A stretch of 64,000 nucleotides of DNA from Spirochaetia bacterium (GTDB lineage Bacteria; Spirochaetota; Spirochaetia; SZUA-6; Bin103), in assembly GCA_965198005.1 (NCBI GenBank), contig CBDAOI010000004.1, forward strand, positions 1,248,001-1,312,000, given 5' to 3'. Each line of letters begins with the position of its first letter. Positions within the stretch are counted from its first letter, which is position 1. The notes beneath the pieces are model-generated. The model did no database searches, was not told the origin of the DNA, and saw only the letters and a program-made list of their open reading frames with translations. A program made the translations under genes and the position numbers. Shown piece after piece: positions 12,278 to 22,084 of the stretch.

Positions 12278-13249
12278 ATGAGCGCCGCCGAGTCACCCTT
12301 TCGGATCGAGCAAGTTTCAATCCGTAACTACAAAGGCATTGACGAGCTCGACCTCGAGTTCCCTCAATCCCCAATGGAGGCAGACCCCGACGTCATCGCA
12401 ATCGGCAGCCGGAACGGTGTAGGCAAGTCATCAGTTTTGGAATGTTGCGCCTTACTGCTTGCCACTCCCAGACTTCTGGCTATGCATCGCGGTCCACTGT
12501 CGTTCCAAGGTGTCGATGACGTCGTTCGAGCGGGAGAACAGTCTGCCGAGGTCAGTGGCCGAGTGAGGAGGGGAGGTAACAAGAGGAATTTTCGCTTGAC
12601 GTTTGGCCGTGATGGCACAGTTTCGGCGGCTCCCGAGTGTCAGGATTTTGAGGATGTATCACGTATCAGGGCCGACATGTTTGAGAACTACGGCGTACGG
12701 GGCCATCTTGTATCTCACATATTGGGTCAGATACCCGATCCGGTCATGTTCCCAAACGGCCTGCTGTTCCACAGCTATCGGAGGATTTCAGGAGGCCATA
12801 TCGAGCCGGATGCAATCTTCAAGTCGCCAAGTATCTACGTAGAGAATACGCGACACCGAGAAGATCACGATCGTGTTCTTGACAAGCTGAATGATTTGAT
12901 TGACCGTTATGCCGGTGGGCGGCTGGGAAAGCTGAGGCTGCTTGACAACGATGAGATCGATATCAGAATAGAGACCTCACGTGGTCTAGATTCCTTTACG
13001 TTTAACGGTTTGAGTTCAGGCCAGACCGAAATCATATCCACCCTGTTCCTTATCTGGCTTGCCACTCGAAAGGCCCCATCGGTCGTACTGATTGACGAGC
13101 CGGAACTTCACTTGAATGCGGAGTGGCATAGTAGTTTGGTATCGAGTCTAGTGGAGTTGGCACCGGATAATCAGTACATACTGGCGACGCATTCCGACGA
13201 CGTGATGTCCAGTGTGGCACGAGAGTGTCGAATCATACTGACAGCCTGA
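12278..13249 (+). CDS. ABC-family ATPase (AAA_21/AAA_15, OLD/AbiEii-like)
   Basis: IRNYKGI, GSRNGVGKSS, LSSGQ, LIDEPELHL, ATHS; visibly lower GC than its flanks. Confidence 0.85.
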   Translation: MSAAESPFRIEQVSIRNYKGIDELDLEFPQSPMEADPDVIAIGSRNGVGKSSVLECCALLLATPRLLAMHRGPLSFQGVDDVVRAGEQSAEVSGRVRRGGNKRNFRLTFGRDGTVSAAPECQDFEDVSRIRADMFENYGVRGHLVSHILGQIPDPVMFPNGLLFHSYRRISGGHIEPDAIFKSPSIYVENTRHREDHDRVLDKLNDLIDRYAGGRLGKLRLLDNDEIDIRIETSRGLDSFTFNGLSSGQTEIISTLFLIWLATRKAPSVVLIDEPELHLNAEWHSSLVSSLVELAPDNQYILATHSDDVMSSVARECRIILTA

Positions 13250-13262
13250 ACGTTCGGGACGG

Positions 13263-13775
13263 ATGATCGGCGTCAAGGATTCGGTCGAGCCGAATGAAGT
13301 AAGGTTTCGAGCCGGACACGTACTGTTCGTTGAACGCGGAACAGCTGATTCCATTGATCCTGCGGTGCTTCGAGAGCTTCTCGGTGGACAGCTTCGCATA
13401 GAGCCGTTGGGCGAATTACCTTGAACATTCAAAGTACTTCGTCGGCAACTATCGGACGATGGGCGTTCGAGACGGAGTATCCTTGAGCGCTCTTGACGTA
13501 CGATGTATCTGGTGCGCCAATCGACGTGGTCTACGTCTCCTGAAGATGAGCTTCAATTCGGCCGCGGTAGATGGTTTGACATGATGAGAGGAAAAAAGCT
13601 GCTTGCAGAAGTGCTGAGCTCGAATCTCTTCCGAGTGACGGATAGAGACGGAAATGTGGTGTCCGGGCAACAAGAACGTAACGAGGTGGTGAAGGATCTG
13701 CTGCGGAAGGGCGATGCTATTCAGCCGTCAGATTTCGTTGAGCTGAAACGTATCATTGAGCAACGAATACTTTGA
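13263..13775 (+). pseudogene. broken partner of the ABC ATPase (putative TOPRIM/DUF4435-like nuclease)
   Basis: MIGVKDSVEPNEVRF..HVLFVE..DSIDP..LRIEPLG, then a stop; the C-terminal part resumes in ORF 13503-13775. Confidence 0.55.
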
Positions 13776-14087
13776 GTGGTGAGTTCGGGTTGGAAGAACG
13801 TCAGGACAGGAGCTTTCGCCGTATCGGGAGAGTCGGTGGCGGTCGGATCGACTACGAATCTCCAGACACGTCTGGGGTTTGTGGACAAGACGCACGGCAG
13901 GGTTTATCCGCAATGTGGGGTGCGACGGACCGGGAAATCGGCGTTGCTGGATGGGGTCGCGTAGGCGGCGGATGTTCAGTGGATTGACCCGTTGCAGTTT
14001 TCGATTCACGTTCGACCTGGACGATAGGGACGTGTATCAGGGCTTCGATTCTCAGCAACCCCACGAGCCGACGGCCGGTACTCTCCG

Positions 14088-14948
14088 TTGAGCGCCCCTA
14101 CCGCCATCCGGGAAGGACAGATCCTGAACGGCCCGCAGTTCAGCGAGCCGATGCTGGTGGAGACGGTGCGTTCGGACGGGCCGGGCATCTGGGTCGCGGG
14201 CCTGGTCGGCCGCCGGTCGGAGCGGTTCCGGCGAGTCACGCTCACCGCAGACGACATCGCCGGCCTGATCATCGCCGACCCTTCCCTGTCCTACGACGGC
14301 GACGAGATCGGCCGAATCACGGAGGAGTTGGACAGCGAGGTCGCCGGCGCCGAGGGGCGCCTTGCTCAGGCCGAAGCGCGCCATGCCGACGTGCTGGCCC
14401 GGCGGGAGCGCCGGCGCGAGGAACTCGGGCGGCAGCGGGCCGTCACGCTGCAGGGCATCGAGCGGCTGGCAAGTGCGCTGATCCTCCCGCATCCTGAACC
14501 TGAGACCCTGGACGTACGCCGGCTCCGCCCGCATCCCGAGACCGAGATGACGGCGATGCGCGTCGTGATGGACCACGAGGCCGCCCGCGGATGCAAAGTC
14601 TACGACGTGCACGAGCAGAACCTCGGTTACGACGTAACCAGCCTCGACCTGCAATCCGGCGAGTTGCGCCTGATCGAGGTAAAGGGACTCGCCGGCCCGA
14701 CCGGCAGCATCCTGCTCACCCCGAACGAGCGCCGCGTAGCCGAGGACCGGCGCGACTGCTACTGGCTGTACGTGGTCACCGCCTGCGCCAGCGCCCCGAA
14801 CCTCCAGCAGCCGATCCCCGACCCCGCCCGATACCCGTGGCACGAGGTCACCAAGGTCGCCCACTACTACCTGAGCGTGAACGCCCTGCAGCAGCCAATG
14901 GAGATCCGGGAAACGGAACGGGGATACAATGCGGAGGCCAAGCCATGA
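14088..14948 (+). pseudogene. SNF2 helicase-DUF3883 nuclease with the helicase core deleted in frame
   Basis: About 72 N-terminal aa (GPQFSEPMLVE..LSYDGD) joined directly to a coiled coil and DUF3883 (LGYDVTS..LRLIEVKG..LTPNE..YWLYVV); no Walker A or DExH motif. Confidence 0.75.
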
Positions 14949-15271
14949 GTGAGCAGGTGCTCGATCAAGCAGTCCTCGACGAGATAATCCGGCGAATCGT
15001 GGCGGTAACTCAGCCGGAAAAGATCATCCTGTTCGGTTCCGCCGCGCGCGGGGAGATGGGCCGTCACAGCGACGTCGACCTCCTCGTGGTGAAAGACGGC
15101 GGGGACCGACGATGTACGGCGTCGAGGATCTACCGCCACCTTCACGGCGTGGGTGCTGCAGTGGACGTGATAGTCGTTACGCCGGACGACGTGGAACGCT
15201 ATCGGGACAGTCACGCGCTGATCATCAAGCCGGCCCTCCGCGAGGGCAGAGTCGTCTATGAAGCCGCCTGA
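14945..15271 (+). CDS. MNT nucleotidyltransferase antitoxin
   Basis: ILFGSAARG..SDVDLLVV..EGRVVYEAA; ATGA overlap with the upstream gene. Confidence 0.88.
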   Translation: MSEQVLDQAVLDEIIRRIVAVTQPEKIILFGSAARGEMGRHSDVDLLVVKDGGDRRCTASRIYRHLHGVGAAVDVIVVTPDDVERYRDSHALIIKPALREGRVVYEAA

Positions 15272-15773
15272 GCGCTACCCGCCCGACGATCCACGAGAGT
15301 GGTTGAACCGCGCCCGAAGCAATTTGGCGATGCCCAAGAACCGCGTTGAAGGTGCCTACTTGGAAGACCTGTGCTTTGAAGCACAGCAGGCCGCGGCGGC
15401 GATGCGGAAGGCGGTGGTGGGGGTCTACGCTCATAACGTCGCCAAGGAAATCGTCGGGGCAGTTTGTATGAAGAGGTTGGAGGGGTTTCTTGACGACACG
15501 GACGAGACCGTAAGGTCGGAGGTGTCGACGGCGTTTTTCAGTGTCTCCGACGAGTGGTTGCTTCGGTCGAGGGAGTTTGTCTTGAGATTCATCGAAAGCA
15601 AAGCGTTCGAGAGCGGGCCGTATGACGTCTTGCGGGTGCTCGAGGAGTCGAAGCTCGCCGTGCAGCAGGCGGCGGACGCCAGTTTGAGGATGCGCTGTCT
15701 GGACTTGATTGATCAAATGGAAGAGCTAGGGTACTTCGGGATCGATTCGGAATTGGCAAAACTCGAGCGCTGA
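15258..15773 (+). pseudogene. HEPN toxin N-terminus fused in frame to an unrelated helical C-terminus
   Basis: WLNRARSNL..DLCFEAQQAA is a HEPN start; the expected EKA..H motif is absent and other sequence follows from about 15396. Confidence 0.65.
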
Positions 15774-15793
15774 GCGAAAAACGGGACAGCGAG

Positions 15794-18772
15794 TTGGGAA
15801 TTGTGTTCGGGGAGGCAATCCCTCGGAATTGCAAGCGCTTGGCGGAGGTTGAGTTTCCGATTGCGGTGGTGTCGGAGTACGCGGCGCGGGAGAAGTCGAT
15901 CCGTCACGGGCATCCGTCGACGCTGCATCTGTGGTGGGCGCGGCGGCCGCTGGCATCATCGCGCGCGGTGCTGTTGGCGTTGCTGCTGCCGGATCCGTGC
16001 GATCCGCAGTGCCCGGATGATTTCAAGCGGAAGGCGCGGGCTATCCTTGGGGAGCTTCGGAAGCCTCCAGTGAGCGACGAGGAATTGCGCAAGGCGTTGC
16101 TTTGGTTCATCGGGGCGTTCGCGAACTGGGACATGGCGGCACACTCGACCTACCTGCGCGTGGCACGCAATCTGGTGCAGGCGGCACAGGGCGGGGAAGT
16201 ACCGCTGGTGGTGGACCCGTTTGCCGGCGGCGGTTCGATCCCGCTGGAGGCGTTGCGGCTGGGGTGCGAGGCATTCGCCAGCGACCTGAACCCGGTGGCA
16301 TGTCTCATTCTCACGGTGATGCTGGAGGACGTCCCGCGCCGCGGTGCGGAGTTGGCCGACGAGTTGCGTCGGGTGGGCGGTGACGTCAAGCGGCAGGTCC
16401 AGAGGGAGCTGGCGAACCTGTATCCCGCCGATCCTGACGGTGCCACGCCGATTGCCTATCTGTGGGCCAGGACGGTGCGCTGCGAGGCGCCGAACTGTGG
16501 TGCGGAGATTCCGTTGCTGCGCTCGTTCTGGTTGTGTCGGAAGCCGAAACGCAAGCGCGCGCTGCGCTATCGAGCGGAGCGCCGGCAGGGCGTACCGCCG
16601 ATGGTGGAATTCGCGGTGTTCACGCCCGGGGCGGATGGTGAGGTGCCCAGCGGTACGGTGGCTCGGGCCAGGGCGACGTGTCTGTGCTGCTGCGGCGTGC
16701 TGCCGCCCGAGCGGGTGCGGGCGCAGCTTGCGGCGCAACGCGGCGGTGCTGACGTGGTGTTCGATGGCGCGGGCGAACGCACCGGTGGTGCGCGCATGAC
16801 GGCGGTAGTGACGTTGCGCCCGGGTGAACCGGGACGGCACTACCGGCTGCCGACCGAGGCCGACTACACGTCGGTGCGCCGGGCGCAGGAGCGGATCGCC
16901 GGCATGCTCGACGGATGGGAGCTCGGGGGGAGACCGGGGCCGTACCCGGTGCCGGATGAACCTTTGCCGCCGATTGGAACGCTCGGCTTCCGGGTACAAC
17001 GCTACGGCATGCTTCAGTGGGGCGACCTGTTCACTGCGCGCCAAAAGGCAGCGCTGGTGACGGTGGCAAAGATTGCGTCCACTCTGGACCAATCATCGGC
17101 TGCAAGGTCGCTGACGGCGTTGAGCATCAGTCGCCTTGCTGACATCGCGAACTGTCTCTGTCAATGGGAGACCACGAAGCATCAAGTGCGACACCTCTTT
17201 ACGCGACAGGCGATACCCGTTCTCTGGGACTTCGCCGAAGCCAGTTTTGTGGGAGAGCAAGCCGGGGATCATTCGACGACCTTGAGTACGATGCTTCGTG
17301 TCGTAGATCAACTCGCGACAGTCCAACTCGCGCAGGGGCAAGTCGAACTCGCGGACGCTGCAAGTCATCCTCTTCCCGACCAGTCCGCGTCGGTGTGGTT
17401 CACCGACCCGCCCTACTATGACGCGGTTCCTTATGGCGATCTCTCCGACTTCTTCTTCGTGTGGCTCAAGCGGACGCTGCCCGGCCATCCGCTGCTGCGG
17501 GACCCGTTCGACGCAGACAATCCGCTGTCGCCGAAGACGCGCGAGGCGGTGCAGGACGAGACCAAGCAGCAGGACGGGCATCCGAAGAACCGCCAGTGGT
17601 TCGAGGAGACGATGGCGAAAGCGTTCGCCGAGGGACGCCGGGTGCTGGCCGATGACGGCGTGGGATGTGTCGTCTTCGCGCACAAGACCACCGAGGGTTG
17701 GGAGGCGCTGCTGTCGGGCATGATCCGCGGCGGCTGGACGATAACAGGGTCGTGGCCCATCGCGACGGAAATGGCCACACGTCTGCGCGCCCGTGACTCC
17801 GCGGCCCTTGCTACCAGCGTCCACCTGATCTGCCGCCCGCGGCCTGAGGATGCGCCGGTCGGCGATTGGGCCGACGTGCTGCGGGAGTTGCCGAGGCGAG
17901 TTGCCGACTGGATGGAGCGTCTGCAGGGCGAAGGCATCCGCGGTGCCGATCTGGTGTTCGCGTGCATCGGGCCAGCGCTCGAAATCTACAGCCGTTTCCG
18001 TGCGGTGGAGACCGCCGAGGGGCGCGCGGTCGGGCTGCCCGAGTATCTGGAAAAGGTATGGGAGGTGGTAGGTCGCGCGGCGCTCGAGACCGTTCTCGGT
18101 ACCGCCGAAGCACAGGCACGCAATGGCATGGCCGGTGCGCTGGAGGAAGATGCGCGCCTGACCGCCCTGTTCCTGTGGACAGTGCAGACTACCGAGGCTG
18201 TCGCCCAGAGCGGTAAGAAGGCCGAGGACGACGAGGCATCGGTCGCCGCCGCTGCACAGGGGCTCAGCCTGCCGTTCGACGTCGTGCGCCGCTTTGCCCA
18301 GCCGATGGGTATCGACCTTGAACGCTGGACGGGGCGCATCGTCGAGCAGGCCAAGGGTGTGGTACGGCTGTTGCCCGTGGCCGAGCGCGCGAAAGAACTG
18401 TTGGGCGATGCCGGTGCCGGTGGCGCCGCCGACTGGATCGAGGCCGATCCGGTGGCGGGTCTGCAACGTTCGCTATTCCCCGAATTGGAAGCTGCACCGA
18501 AGCGCCCGGTACGCGCGGGCGGCAGAAAGGGTATTCTTGAGGGCGATGCCGAACTTCAGACCGTTGACGCTACGACGCTCGACCGCCTGCACGCGGCCAT
18601 GCTGTTACAGGCGAACGGCCACGCCAACGCACTGCGGACGCTGATCAGCGCCGAACAGGAGCGCGGTCCCGACTTCCTGCGCCTCGCCAATGCACTCTCC
18701 GCCCTCTACCCCCGCGGCAGCCGCGAGAAGCGTCTGCTCGATGCCATGCTGCTGGTCGTACCGAGGAAGTAG
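15794..18772 (+). CDS. DUF1156-domain adenine-specific DNA methyltransferase
   Basis: REKSIRHGHPSTLHLWWARRPL (DUF1156), DPFAGGGSIPLE (motif I), TDPPYY (motif IV), CxxC Zn motifs; start is TTG or GTG. Confidence 0.92.
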   Translation: MGIVFGEAIPRNCKRLAEVEFPIAVVSEYAAREKSIRHGHPSTLHLWWARRPLASSRAVLLALLLPDPCDPQCPDDFKRKARAILGELRKPPVSDEELRKALLWFIGAFANWDMAAHSTYLRVARNLVQAAQGGEVPLVVDPFAGGGSIPLEALRLGCEAFASDLNPVACLILTVMLEDVPRRGAELADELRRVGGDVKRQVQRELANLYPADPDGATPIAYLWARTVRCEAPNCGAEIPLLRSFWLCRKPKRKRALRYRAERRQGVPPMVEFAVFTPGADGEVPSGTVARARATCLCCCGVLPPERVRAQLAAQRGGADVVFDGAGERTGGARMTAVVTLRPGEPGRHYRLPTEADYTSVRRAQERIAGMLDGWELGGRPGPYPVPDEPLPPIGTLGFRVQRYGMLQWGDLFTARQKAALVTVAKIASTLDQSSAARSLTALSISRLADIANCLCQWETTKHQVRHLFTRQAIPVLWDFAEASFVGEQAGDHSTTLSTMLRVVDQLATVQLAQGQVELADAASHPLPDQSASVWFTDPPYYDAVPYGDLSDFFFVWLKRTLPGHPLLRDPFDADNPLSPKTREAVQDETKQQDGHPKNRQWFEETMAKAFAEGRRVLADDGVGCVVFAHKTTEGWEALLSGMIRGGWTITGSWPIATEMATRLRARDSAALATSVHLICRPRPEDAPVGDWADVLRELPRRVADWMERLQGEGIRGADLVFACIGPALEIYSRFRAVETAEGRAVGLPEYLEKVWEVVGRAALETVLGTAEAQARNGMAGALEEDARLTALFLWTVQTTEAVAQSGKKAEDDEASVAAAAQGLSLPFDVVRRFAQPMGIDLERWTGRIVEQAKGVVRLLPVAERAKELLGDAGAGGAADWIEADPVAGLQRSLFPELEAAPKRPVRAGGRKGILEGDAELQTVDATTLDRLHAAMLLQANGHANALRTLISAEQERGPDFLRLANALSALYPRGSREKRLLDAMLLVVPRK

Positions 18773-18835
18773 TGTTTGTGGGCTTGAGGTCGGATGTAAC
18801 GCAAAACGAAAACGCCACGAACGACGGAGGGAGAC

Positions 18836-19087
18836 ATGATCACTAATTCCGAACTGCTCAAGCGCATCACCGCGCGGCCGGATGTCTTTGGCGGCAAGCC
18901 GATCATACGTGACATGCGGATTTCGGTGGAGTTGATCCTGAGCTTGCTGGCAGAGGGAGTAACGGCCGATGCCATCTTGGAGGACTATCCCGAGTTGGAG
19001 CCGGAGGACATTCGTGCCTGCACGGCGTACGCGCACGCAGTCATCGCCAACGACTCACTGGACGCAGTGTCGATTGCGCACTCGTGA
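18836..19087 (+). CDS. DUF433 antitoxin
   Basis: RITARPDVFGGKPIIRDMRISV..ILEDYPELEPEDIRAC; RBS GGAGG. Confidence 0.9.
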   Translation: MITNSELLKRITARPDVFGGKPIIRDMRISVELILSLLAEGVTADAILEDYPELEPEDIRACTAYAHAVIANDSLDAVSIAHS

Positions 19088-19333
19088 GGTTCTGGTCGAT
19101 CGGCGTGCCGGCTGGCGGCTGTCGATACCGACTTCGGCAAGCTGATCTACGTGCGAAGGACGCCTCATGCGGGGTTGGTGCGGCTCCCGGACGTTCCGGT
19201 GGATCGGCGCATTGCCTTGATTGGCGAATTGCTCTATCGGCATCGCCACGCGCTGGAAGAAAAGGCGGTTGTCACGATCCGTGGCGGCCGCGTGCGCATA
19301 TCCCACGCCCCGTCTTATGGAGACAACGACTGA
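19084..19333 (+). pseudogene. DUF5615/PIN toxin, frameshifted and internally deleted
   Basis: MRF/VDR..G start, then DTDFGKLIY..HAGLVRLPD..VVTIRGGRVRI in another frame. Confidence 0.7.
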
Positions 19334-22080
19334 TGGAACCCTGGTACAAAGTTGTGACATTGCGCAGGGAAGTACGGGAAGGACGCTCGTTCAGCCCGGA
19401 CGAGTTTGCCATCGCACTGGAGCAGGTGGTGGCGGATACGGCTCCCGAGGACTACCGCGACCCTGCGCAGTTCTTTTCTCGCACCTGCTTTACGCGCGCG
19501 CTGCAGGAACATACCGGCATGGTTCTTCGCCGGTTGTCGGGCAAGACCGAGGATACGGCGCCGGTTCTTACCCTCATCACCCAGTTCGGCGGCGGCAAGA
19601 CGCACACTCTTACTTCGCTGTTTCACTTGGCCAACGCTGGTGAGGCCGCCTCCAAGTTCACCGGAGTGCCCGATTTGCTGCGTAAGGCGCGGTTGACCGC
19701 AGTACCCGCAGCTCGCGTCGGCGTGTTCGTCGGCAACGCCTGGGATCCCACGTCGGGACGGGAAACGCCTTGGATCGATCTGGCGCGGCAACTGGCCGGT
19801 AAGCAGGGCGTTGCCGCGCTCGGCGCCGCCGCCCGGACGACGCCGCCAGGGACCGAGGCACTGGCGCGCGTGTTTGCCGCCGCGCAGGCGCCGGTGCTGC
19901 TGCTGTTCGACGAAGTGCTCAACTTCGTCAACCGCCATCGGGCCTTGGCCGAGAGCTTCCACGCCTTCCTGCAGAATCTGACGGTCGCCGTCACCGGCAG
20001 CAGCCGCGCCGCCGCAGTGGTCAGCCTGCCGCGCAGCCAGGTGGAGATGAGCGACTGGGATCAGCAGTGGCAGGAGCGCATCACCAAGGTGGTAAGGCGG
20101 GTGGCGCGTGACCTGATCGCCAACGACGAGTCGGAGATCAGCGACGTGGTGCGGCGCCGGCTGTTCGAGGATCTCGGCAGCGAACGCGTGCGCAAGAGAA
20201 TCGCCAGAACCTACGCGGACTGGTGTTACGAGCGATCCGCCCACCTGCCCACCGAGTGGCTCGTCGTCGACACTGCGACGACGGAATCCAAGGCGCGCGA
20301 GTTTCTGCGGGGCCGGTTCGAAGCGTGCTATCCGTTCCATCCGGCGACGCTGTCGGTGTTTCAGCGCAAGTGGCGCGCGCTCGCCCAGTTTCAGCAGACC
20401 CGGGGCGCGTTGGCGATGCTGGCGCAGTGGATCTCCTGGGCTGCCCGCGAGCAGTTTCAGAGGGCGAGAACGGAGCCGTTGATCACGTTGGGATCGGCGC
20501 CGCTCGACGTTCCCGAGTTTCGTGCGGTGGTGCTGGGGCAACTGGGCGAATCGCGCCTCGACGTCGCGATTGAGGCCGACCTTGCCGGTCCGATGGCACA
20601 TGCGCGATCGCTAGACATCGACGCCAAGGGGGCTCTGCGCGACATCCACCGCCGCGTGGGCACGGCTATCCTGTTCGAGTCTTCCGGTGGGCAGGTGGAC
20701 AAGGTGGCTCATCTGCCCGAATTGCGCTTCGCGGTCGGCGAGCCCGACGTCGATACGACCACCATCGACAACGCCGCGATCGCGCTGGAAGGGTCCGGCT
20801 TCTTCATGCGCAAGGTCGGCACGGACGGTTACCGCATCCATCACCAGGCGACCCTGAAGAAGGTGGTCAGCGACCGGCGGGCGTCCCTCGACGAGGAGAC
20901 CGAGATCAAGCCGGCGCTCCGCAAGCTGGTCGAAACCGAGTTCAGGGCGGGCGCCACGCTTCCGGTCGTGTTCTTCCCGGAGGAGAGCACCGCGATACAG
21001 GATTCGCCGCGTCTCATGCTGATCGTGCTTGATCCCGATGACGAGTGGAAGGATGGCAACCGGGTGGTCGAGCGCATCGGCAGTTGGACAACCCAACGGG
21101 GCGAGTCTCCACGGTTGTACCCCGGCGCCCCGGTCTGGTGTGCGCGGAAGCCGGGCCGCGAGCTTCGGCGGAAGGTCGAGTTGTGGCTCGCCTGGGAGCG
21201 GGTGGCTCGTGAGTTGAACGAAGGCATCCTCGGCGCCGAGTACGACCGCACGGAGCGCTCCGGCGTACAAGCGCAGGTGAGGGACGCTCGGGAAGCGGCC
21301 AAGGATGAAGTGTGGGCCGGCTACCGCTTCGTGGCGTTGGCCGATACCCAGGAGCGGCAGGGGCTCAGGATCATCGACCTCGGAGCCGGCCACGCCAGTG
21401 CGGGTGAGACCCTGTGCGGCCGCATCATCAGCGTGCTGAAGACCGAGGCTTTGTTGAACGAGTCCGTCGGCGCCGGCTACCTCGGCCGCAACTGGCCTCC
21501 GGCGCTCAAGGAGGCCGGCGAATGGCCGCTGACCAGCCTGCGCCAGAGCTTCCTCAACGGCGCGCTGACACGGCTCATCGACACCGACGCGGTCCTGCGC
21601 CGGCAGATTATGGCATTCGTATCGAACGGCGACTTCGGCCTCGCCTCCGGCCGCCGCGAGGATGGCGGTTTCGACCGGCTGTGGTACGCCGAGCTGCTTC
21701 CGCCGGAAGAGGTGGCGTTCGAGGCGAATGTCTTCCTGTTGACCAAGTCCAAAACCGAGAAGTTGAAGCCCCGACCGGGGCCTGCTCCGAGCCCGGGTCC
21801 GGACCCGAAACCCGATCCGGGGCCGGCACCAGAACCCAAGCCGCCCCCCCCTGCTTCCGATACCACGCTCCGGCTTTCCGGTACTGTTCCCCCCGAAGTC
21901 TGGAGCCGGATCGGATTCAAGCTGTTGCCGAAGCTACGTTCGGGTAGGGATTTCAACGCGAGTATCGAAATCTCGGTAACCGTCGACGCACAGACTGCAG
22001 GGAGCATGGTCTCAGACGTAAAACAGATTCTAAGTGATCTCGGCCTGACCGACCGGATTCAAGTCGACGAAACGCAATAA
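19333..22080 (+). CDS. DUF499 AAA+ ATPase (restriction-like/BREX-related)
   Basis: MEPWYKVV, TQFGGGKTH, LLFDE, YPFHP, FQQTRG; Pro-rich linker near the C-terminus. Confidence 0.9.
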   Translation: MEPWYKVVTLRREVREGRSFSPDEFAIALEQVVADTAPEDYRDPAQFFSRTCFTRALQEHTGMVLRRLSGKTEDTAPVLTLITQFGGGKTHTLTSLFHLANAGEAASKFTGVPDLLRKARLTAVPAARVGVFVGNAWDPTSGRETPWIDLARQLAGKQGVAALGAAARTTPPGTEALARVFAAAQAPVLLLFDEVLNFVNRHRALAESFHAFLQNLTVAVTGSSRAAAVVSLPRSQVEMSDWDQQWQERITKVVRRVARDLIANDESEISDVVRRRLFEDLGSERVRKRIARTYADWCYERSAHLPTEWLVVDTATTESKAREFLRGRFEACYPFHPATLSVFQRKWRALAQFQQTRGALAMLAQWISWAAREQFQRARTEPLITLGSAPLDVPEFRAVVLGQLGESRLDVAIEADLAGPMAHARSLDIDAKGALRDIHRRVGTAILFESSGGQVDKVAHLPELRFAVGEPDVDTTTIDNAAIALEGSGFFMRKVGTDGYRIHHQATLKKVVSDRRASLDEETEIKPALRKLVETEFRAGATLPVVFFPEESTAIQDSPRLMLIVLDPDDEWKDGNRVVERIGSWTTQRGESPRLYPGAPVWCARKPGRELRRKVELWLAWERVARELNEGILGAEYDRTERSGVQAQVRDAREAAKDEVWAGYRFVALADTQERQGLRIIDLGAGHASAGETLCGRIISVLKTEALLNESVGAGYLGRNWPPALKEAGEWPLTSLRQSFLNGALTRLIDTDAVLRRQIMAFVSNGDFGLASGRREDGGFDRLWYAELLPPEEVAFEANVFLLTKSKTEKLKPRPGPAPSPGPDPKPDPGPAPEPKPPPPASDTTLRLSGTVPPEVWSRIGFKLLPKLRSGRDFNASIEISVTVDAQTAGSMVSDVKQILSDLGLTDRIQVDETQ

Positions 22081-22084
22081 GTAG

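Noticed and set aside
13780-14087. Small ORFs between the ABC-ATPase cassette and the helicase relic
   Set aside because: Overlapping short frames with no motif; probably debris.
21770-21860. CCG-rich repeats as a separate element
   Set aside because: They encode a Pro-rich linker within DUF499.
19084-22080. 998-aa ORF read as one protein
   Set aside because: The first 83 codons are an off-frame read of the PIN pseudogene; DUF499 starts at 19333.
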